A DNA stretch of 64,000 nucleotides from NCBI GenBank assembly GCA_947466585.1, contig CANIEU010000001.1, forward strand, positions 48,414 to 112,413. Direction: 5' to 3'. This stretch comes from Fibrobacterota bacterium (GTDB lineage Bacteria > Fibrobacterota > Fibrobacteria > UBA11236). Positions within the stretch are counted from its first letter, which is position 1. The number at the start of each line of letters is the position of its first letter. The position numbers were made by a program, and so were the translations under genes. This document shows positions 59,222-64,000 of the stretch, piece after piece. The notes below the pieces were generated by a model. It saw nothing but the letters and a program-made list of their open reading frames with translations, was not told the DNA's origin and did no database searches.

Positions 59222-59754
59222 TGCTCATGTCTTTGCGCGGAAATCGTAAGCTTCGGCCCGCCTCGCGTTTGCGGCTCGCCTGCATGTTGCTGCTGGCGTC
59301 GCTGACGTTGATCCTGTCGGGTTGCTACAGCTTTTCGGGCAGCACCTTGCCGCCGCACCTGCGCACGCTGCGGGTCTTTCCCTTGGAGAACCGCACGCTC
59401 GAACCCTCGATGCCCGACCGGATTTTTCTGGGTCTGCAAAACGGCTACCGCAGTCGTTCCAGCCTGCGCCCGGTGAACACCAACGCCGACGCGGAAATCC
59501 ATGGAACGTTGCTGCAGTATTCCCATCAGCCGCAGAGCACGTCGGGAGCCAACGTGACCACGTGGCGCGTCGACATTCTGTTCAAGGCGGTGTTCGTGGA
59601 TCGGGTGCGCGGCGATACGCTCTATGCCGACGACCGCATTCCCGGTTACGGATTTTACACGCCCGACGCGGGTGAAACCGAGGAGACGGGCCGTACCCGC
59701 GCGATCGAAAGCTTGGTCAAGGTGGTGTTGGACAACACCGTATTGGCCTGGTAA
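59221..59754 (+). CDS. LptE-like lipoprotein
   Basis: Lipobox LILSGCYSF followed by LptE-like N-region; TGATG overlap with upstream gene. Confidence 0.4.
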   Translation: MLMSLRGNRKLRPASRLRLACMLLLASLTLILSGCYSFSGSTLPPHLRTLRVFPLENRTLEPSMPDRIFLGLQNGYRSRSSLRPVNTNADAEIHGTLLQYSHQPQSTSGANVTTWRVDILFKAVFVDRVRGDTLYADDRIPGYGFYTPDAGETEETGRTRAIESLVKVVLDNTVLAW

Positions 59755-61068
59755 TCAGTTCTTCAGTTTCCCCAAGATCGCGTCGACGCTTTTCCGGAAG
59801 CTGTCGTCTTTGTCCATTGCCTTTTCAATCGTCTTGATGGCGTGCACCACCGTGCTGTGGTCGCGGCCGCCGAAACGTTGGCCGATCGACTTGAGCGAGG
59901 CCGAGGTGAGCTCCTTGACGAGGAACATGGCGAGCTGGCGGGCTTGGGCGACTTCCTTGGTGCCGCGCCCCTGCTCCAGAATTTTGTCGACTTCCACCGC
60001 AAAGTAATCGGCCACCATGGTGGTCACGTCCTCGGCGGTCACGCGTTTGCCGGGCCGCTGGGAACCCGTGCGGCGCACGATCTCTTCGGCAAGCTCCATG
60101 GTGATGTCGGCATGCTGGATGGAGGCCTGCAGGAGCAACTGCCGGATGGCGCCTTCCAGAATGCGGATGTTGGAGTCGATGGCTTCGGCAAGATAGGAGA
60201 TCACGTCTTCCGAAATGTCGAGATTGAGAGCCTGCGCCTTGCGCCGCAGAATGGCTTCGCGGGTTTCGCGGTCAGGCAGTTGGATGTCGACGAACAAACC
60301 CCATTGAAAACGGCTCACCAAACGGTCTTGCAGGCCCTTCAGTTCGGCCGGCGGAGCGTCGCTGGTGAGCACGATCTGCTTCTGGCTTTGGTGGAGGAAG
60401 TTGAAGACGTGGAAGAACTCTTCTTGCGTACGATCCTTGCCGCTGAGGAATTGCACGTCGTCCATGAGCAACACGTCCACCTCGTGACGGTAGAACGCCG
60501 ACATTTCGTTGATGCGGTTGTGCTGGATCGACTCCACGAATTCGCGGTAGAAGGCTTCGGATGTGACGTAGCGGATTTTTTTGCCGGGCAATTCGCGGCG
60601 CACATGATTGCCGATGGCCTGCAACAGGTGGGTTTTGCCGAGTCCCACACCGCCGTAGATCAGCAGGGGGTTGAAACGCGTGCCGCCGGGCTCCTTGGCC
60701 ACGGCGAGGGCGGCCGAATAGGCGAACTGGGAGTTGCTGCCGACCACGAATTCTTCGAAGGTGTAACCGGGATTCAAATCGATGGCGGGCATGCTGCTGA
60801 ACGGCACCGCCGGAGCGTGGTTCAGGGGGCTTTGCGGCACGGACTGGCGGCGGAAGCGGGCTTTAAGACGGCGGCCGGTGGCTTCGAAAAAGCAGTGCTC
60901 GATCAAACCCGAATAGGCCATGGCGAGATGGTCCACGTCGAGCGGGTCGGGCACGCCAAGCACCAAGGTGGAATCACCGACTTCCTGGATCTTCAGCGGT
61001 TCGATCCACTGGCCGAACACGTCGTCGGAAAGTTGTTCGCGCAGGCATGCCACGCTGGCCTTCCACAT
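59755..61068 (-). CDS. dnaA: Chromosomal replication initiator protein DnaA (alternative Ser-rich extended start at 61326)
   Basis: Walker A GGVGLGKTHLL, AAA+ box VII/sensor motifs, C-terminal DnaA-box-binding domain (HSTVVHAIKTIE). Confidence 0.9.
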   Translation of the reverse strand: MWKASVACLREQLSDDVFGQWIEPLKIQEVGDSTLVLGVPDPLDVDHLAMAYSGLIEHCFFEATGRRLKARFRRQSVPQSPLNHAPAVPFSSMPAIDLNPGYTFEEFVVGSNSQFAYSAALAVAKEPGGTRFNPLLIYGGVGLGKTHLLQAIGNHVRRELPGKKIRYVTSEAFYREFVESIQHNRINEMSAFYRHEVDVLLMDDVQFLSGKDRTQEEFFHVFNFLHQSQKQIVLTSDAPPAELKGLQDRLVSRFQWGLFVDIQLPDRETREAILRRKAQALNLDISEDVISYLAEAIDSNIRILEGAIRQLLLQASIQHADITMELAEEIVRRTGSQRPGKRVTAEDVTTMVADYFAVEVDKILEQGRGTKEVAQARQLAMFLVKELTSASLKSIGQRFGGRDHSTVVHAIKTIEKAMDKDDSFRKSVDAILGKLKN

Positions 61069-61442
61069 TCCCGACCAACTTCCGGAGGAGGCGGAGGAGG
61101 CGGCGGAGCCGGAGGATGCAGGGTTTCCGGAGGCTTCGGCCTCGGCAATGACCCGCAAGGCCGCGGGTAATTCGGTATCCGGAATGTCGGTTTCGTAAGA
61201 ACTCACGTGTGCCTCGGAAGGAGCCGTGGAGGAGCGGTCGCAGAGCCGCAGGGACCCGCGGGACCCGGAAAAGTCCGGCGCAGAATGATACAAATCCCTT
61301 GCTAACAAGAGGTTGAGGGATGGCACTTGGCGCGTGGGGCCTCGCGTACCGTATGGGCTTTTCGCGCTTCTGTCGCTGCGGCAGACCGGCTCATTTCCTA
61401 CCTTTCGCCCGGCCCCGAAAAGGCTCGAAAGCGGCGCATTTC

Positions 61443-62027
61443 ATGCAGGAACACATCCGGACGTTGTACATATTGGGGGGCGTCCTCGCCCTTCTGCTGG
61501 TCGCGCAGGCGTTTTGGGGTCTGTTTCTGGCGTATCCAACCGTTTTCGAACGCATGTTGCGGCGCGGACGCGCATGGGTATACGTGCCCTTGCGCTGGCA
61601 GGGTTTCCGCAAACTCCAGATTCTTTTCGTTTCCCGCTTGCTGGTTTTGGCCATCACGGTGACCGGTACCTATTTGGCCTCGCTGCTTTTCATTCACCCC
61701 GAAACCCGCAAGCACGCTCCCGTTTGGGTGGCTGCCGTGGTGGCGGTGCTGTATTTCGCCTCCTCGTGGCTGCAGGGTGTGTGGAGCATGCACCGCTACC
61801 GCCAGCAGGAAGACGCCTATTATCTGCTGCACGATGAATTGCGCGCGAAGTTTGAGTCGGAAAACAAGGACTACAACGAGGCCCAAATCCGCAGCCTCTC
61901 GGCCAACCAACACAAGCAAGGGCTGCTCAAGGCGGATGAAGAGGGCAAGCTCCTGATCGTTTTGCAAGCCGAGGCCCACCGCTTCCGCAAGGCCCGAACC
62001 GCAACGCCGCGCCCCCCCGAGGCCTGA
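61443..62027 (+). CDS. Hypothetical membrane protein (3 to 4 TM)
   Basis: ORF frame 61320..62027 from MQEHIRTLYILGG. Confidence 0.4.
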   Translation: MQEHIRTLYILGGVLALLLVAQAFWGLFLAYPTVFERMLRRGRAWVYVPLRWQGFRKLQILFVSRLLVLAITVTGTYLASLLFIHPETRKHAPVWVAAVVAVLYFASSWLQGVWSMHRYRQQEDAYYLLHDELRAKFESENKDYNEAQIRSLSANQHKQGLLKADEEGKLLIVLQAEAHRFRKARTATPRPPEA

Positions 62028-63281
62028 TTGCAGCCCAGTGTTTCCTCGGCCGCCTCGGCCTCCAAGGATGCCAAGGATGCCCATTGGCGCAACCGCCTGC
62101 AGGCGTCCGGTAACGCCCCGCTGACTCCCGACGAAGCCTCCGCTTTCGCGACCTTCGCGCTCGACCGCGTCTCCCGTACCTTCGCCCTGAACATCCGCGC
62201 CCTGCCTGAGCCGTTGCGCGACCAGGTGTTGCACGCCTACCTGTATTGCCGCATGGCCGATACGTTGGAGGACGACGCGGAGCTCCCGGCCGCCCAAAAG
62301 GCCGCGCTCTTGCAGGTGTTCGCCGCGCTCTTCAATCCCGAACTGCCTCCGCATCTGCGTGCAGCGATGTCCTCTGCGTTTCCGCCCATGCTTCCCGAGG
62401 AATGGCATGCCTCGACTGCGTGGGAGAAAATTCTGCTGGTGCGCACCCCCTTGCTGCTTGAGGCATTCTCGCGCGTTCCCGAAGCATCGCGCCGCACCAT
62501 CGCCCGCTGCGTGCGCTCCATGTGCGGCGGCATGGGCGATTTCGCAATGCGTCAGGAAGCGATCCAGCGGCAAGCAACGGCGCAAACCACAGCGCAAACG
62601 ACAGCCCAAGCTATCGGACAACCTGCGCGTGCGCTCATCGAAACGGTGGCAGACCTCGATCATTACTGCTGGTTCGTAGCGGGGACCGTGGGCGAAATGT
62701 TGTGCGATCTATTCATTGCGCACGGCCGTATCCCAGAGCGGCGTGCGGCCATTCTCCGCGCGCTGGGCGTATCGTTCGGAACCGGGCTGCAATTGGTGAA
62801 CATTCTGAAAGACCATGCCGAAGACGGCGCGCGCGGTGTCTCTTGGCTGCCCGGTGCGGTCGTGGCGGAACGCGGTGCCGCCGCAACCCAGCGCCTCTTG
62901 TGCCTGAAAGCTATGGATCACTTGCAGGAGGCACTCACCTACACGCTGGCGATTCCGCGCCGGCATCGCGGTTTGCGTCTGTTCTGCTTGTGGCCGCTGT
63001 TGATGGCCTCCGAAACGCTGGCTCTCATTGCGAATCATAGCGTGAGCCAAGGCGCGAACCCCGGCACAAATCCGAGTGCGAATCCGGCCGCGAATCGCTC
63101 CGAAACCCCGCTCAAAATCAACCGCGCCCGCGTGGCCCGCATTGTGGGCAGCACGAGCCTTCTTTGGTGGGCCGACGGACTCCTACGTGCAGAGTTCGAA
63201 CAATCGGCCCGTCAGGTGCGTGCCGCCTTGCAGGTTCCCCCCACCGCTCATACCTTTGCGGATACCTCAGGAGCCTTATGA
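62028..63281 (+). CDS. Squalene/phytoene synthase family protein (HpnD/CrtB-like)
   Basis: YLYCRMADTLEDD first Asp-rich motif and NILKDHAEDGARGVSWLP second motif region. Confidence 0.7.
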   Translation: MQPSVSSAASASKDAKDAHWRNRLQASGNAPLTPDEASAFATFALDRVSRTFALNIRALPEPLRDQVLHAYLYCRMADTLEDDAELPAAQKAALLQVFAALFNPELPPHLRAAMSSAFPPMLPEEWHASTAWEKILLVRTPLLLEAFSRVPEASRRTIARCVRSMCGGMGDFAMRQEAIQRQATAQTTAQTTAQAIGQPARALIETVADLDHYCWFVAGTVGEMLCDLFIAHGRIPERRAAILRALGVSFGTGLQLVNILKDHAEDGARGVSWLPGAVVAERGAAATQRLLCLKAMDHLQEALTYTLAIPRRHRGLRLFCLWPLLMASETLALIANHSVSQGANPGTNPSANPAANRSETPLKINRARVARIVGSTSLLWWADGLLRAEFEQSARQVRAALQVPPTAHTFADTSGAL

Positions 63282-63871
63282 ACCTTGTCAAGCGCCTATC
63301 CAGCCCCTGGGCACACACCGCCCTGTTTACCCTGGTGCTCCTCGTTGATCAACTCACGAAGCATTGGGCCCGGCTGCAGTTCTCGCTGCCCAACGGCGAA
63401 CCCAACTATTCCGATTCACTTCCCGTAATCAGCGACTGGTTGCATTTTAGACTCGTCTACAACTACGGCGCCGCCTTCGGCATGAAGCCGCAAAACGTGG
63501 TTCCCTTTCTTCACCCCATCGTTTTCTTCGCCCTGTTCTCCGTGGCGGCGATCGGTTTTCTCGGTATCTATTACCGCCGCCTCGGGCCGGGAGAACCCGC
63601 CGCACGTCTGGGCATCCTGATGATTCTTGCCGGCGCCTTCGGCAACCTCATCGACCGCATCAGCATGCACCGCGTCACCGATTTCATCGACGCCGGAATC
63701 CCCGGCTTGTCGCCGCGTTGGCCGGTGTTCAACATCGCCGACAGCGCGGTGTGCATCGGCATCGCACTGCTTCTCATTCCTCCGTTCTTCACGCGCAGCG
63801 CTTCCACCCGGAAGACCGCACCGCACGCAGAGCACACTTCCTCTTCCGAATCGACACCCCATGACGCCTGA
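63278..63871 (+). CDS. lspA: Lipoprotein signal peptidase II
   Basis: FRLVYNYGAAFGM, FGNLIDR, FNIADSAVCIG conserved LspA blocks; ATGA overlap with upstream gene. Confidence 0.85.
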   Translation: MNLVKRLSSPWAHTALFTLVLLVDQLTKHWARLQFSLPNGEPNYSDSLPVISDWLHFRLVYNYGAAFGMKPQNVVPFLHPIVFFALFSVAAIGFLGIYYRRLGPGEPAARLGILMILAGAFGNLIDRISMHRVTDFIDAGIPGLSPRWPVFNIADSAVCIGIALLLIPPFFTRSASTRKTAPHAEHTSSSESTPHDA

Positions 63872-64000
63872 TAAGACCACCCTCACCTCGTTTACGGTGA
63901 CGGAGGCGGATGCGGGCAAACGGATCGACCGTTTTCTCGGCGAGCAACTCGAAAACGCTTCGCGCACCCGCATCCAGAAGTGGATGGAAGACGGTGCGGT
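63861..64000 (+). CDS. rluD: RluD/RluA-family pseudouridine synthase, N-terminal S4 domain only (3' end beyond window)
   Basis: MTPDKTTLTSFTVTEADAGKRIDRFLGEQLENASRTRIQKWMEDGAV; not in ORF track because no stop in window. Confidence 0.55.
   Translation, partial: MTPDKTTLTSFTVTEADAGKRIDRFLGEQLENASRTRIQKWMEDGA

Noticed and set aside
61069-61442. oriC adjacent to dnaA
   Set aside because: GC-rich, no AT-rich DUE and no evident DnaA-box cluster.

Overview
High-GC bacterial chromosomal segment of about 64 kb, mostly housekeeping genes; most long ORFs antisense to real genes are GC-driven artefacts. The gene content (T9SS-like C-terminal tails, Reg_prop propeller, Big_5 lipoprotein, four-helix-bundle IVS-type protein) loosely suggests an FCB-group (Bacteroidota/Chlorobiota/Rhodothermota-like) organism, but this is a guess. 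Recognisable genes in order: SPOR-domain protein (5' partial), rimO, DsbD-N-like, glmM, glmS, scpA, scpB, TPR protein, sugE-like SMR, dapF, ptsP, GlgE with a Lys-rich tail translationally coupled to a GlgA/GlgM-type GT4, three secreted esterase/deacetylase genes, RNase R, CobS-like, two Dabb proteins, GT4, Reg_prop propeller, Omp85-like, queE, queC, an Lpd/SthA-like flavoprotein without redox cysteines, icd, citrate synthase, ArsR + SRPBCC, MFS, ArsC/Spx-like, RadC-like, a four-helix-bundle protein, crcB, speA, class I fumarase, S41, M20 and M23 peptidases, lepB, Big_5 lipoprotein, a DnaQ-exonuclease/DinG-like fusion, LptE-like, dnaA, HpnD/CrtB-like synthase, lspA and the start of rluD. No rRNA, tRNA or CRISPR array was found. 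Three things stand out. (1) A dispersed family of about 100-bp palindromic GGTAG-unit elements that fill gaps between convergent genes and donate their stop codons; one copy is expanded to about 500 bp and carries a four-helix-bundle (Avd/IVS-like) gene. (2) A lower-GC island directly after citrate synthase, bounded by a roughly 250-bp direct duplication of the citrate synthase 3' end. It holds two paralogous BamE-like secreted proteins, a tandem T5orf172 (GIY-YIG superfamily) protein with a zinc ribbon, and an overlapping DUF1801 gene. (3) Several unusual gene architectures: GlgE with a histone-H1-like tail, a DnaQ-DinG fusion with degenerate ATPase motifs, and ScpA/ScpB with long acidic extensions.
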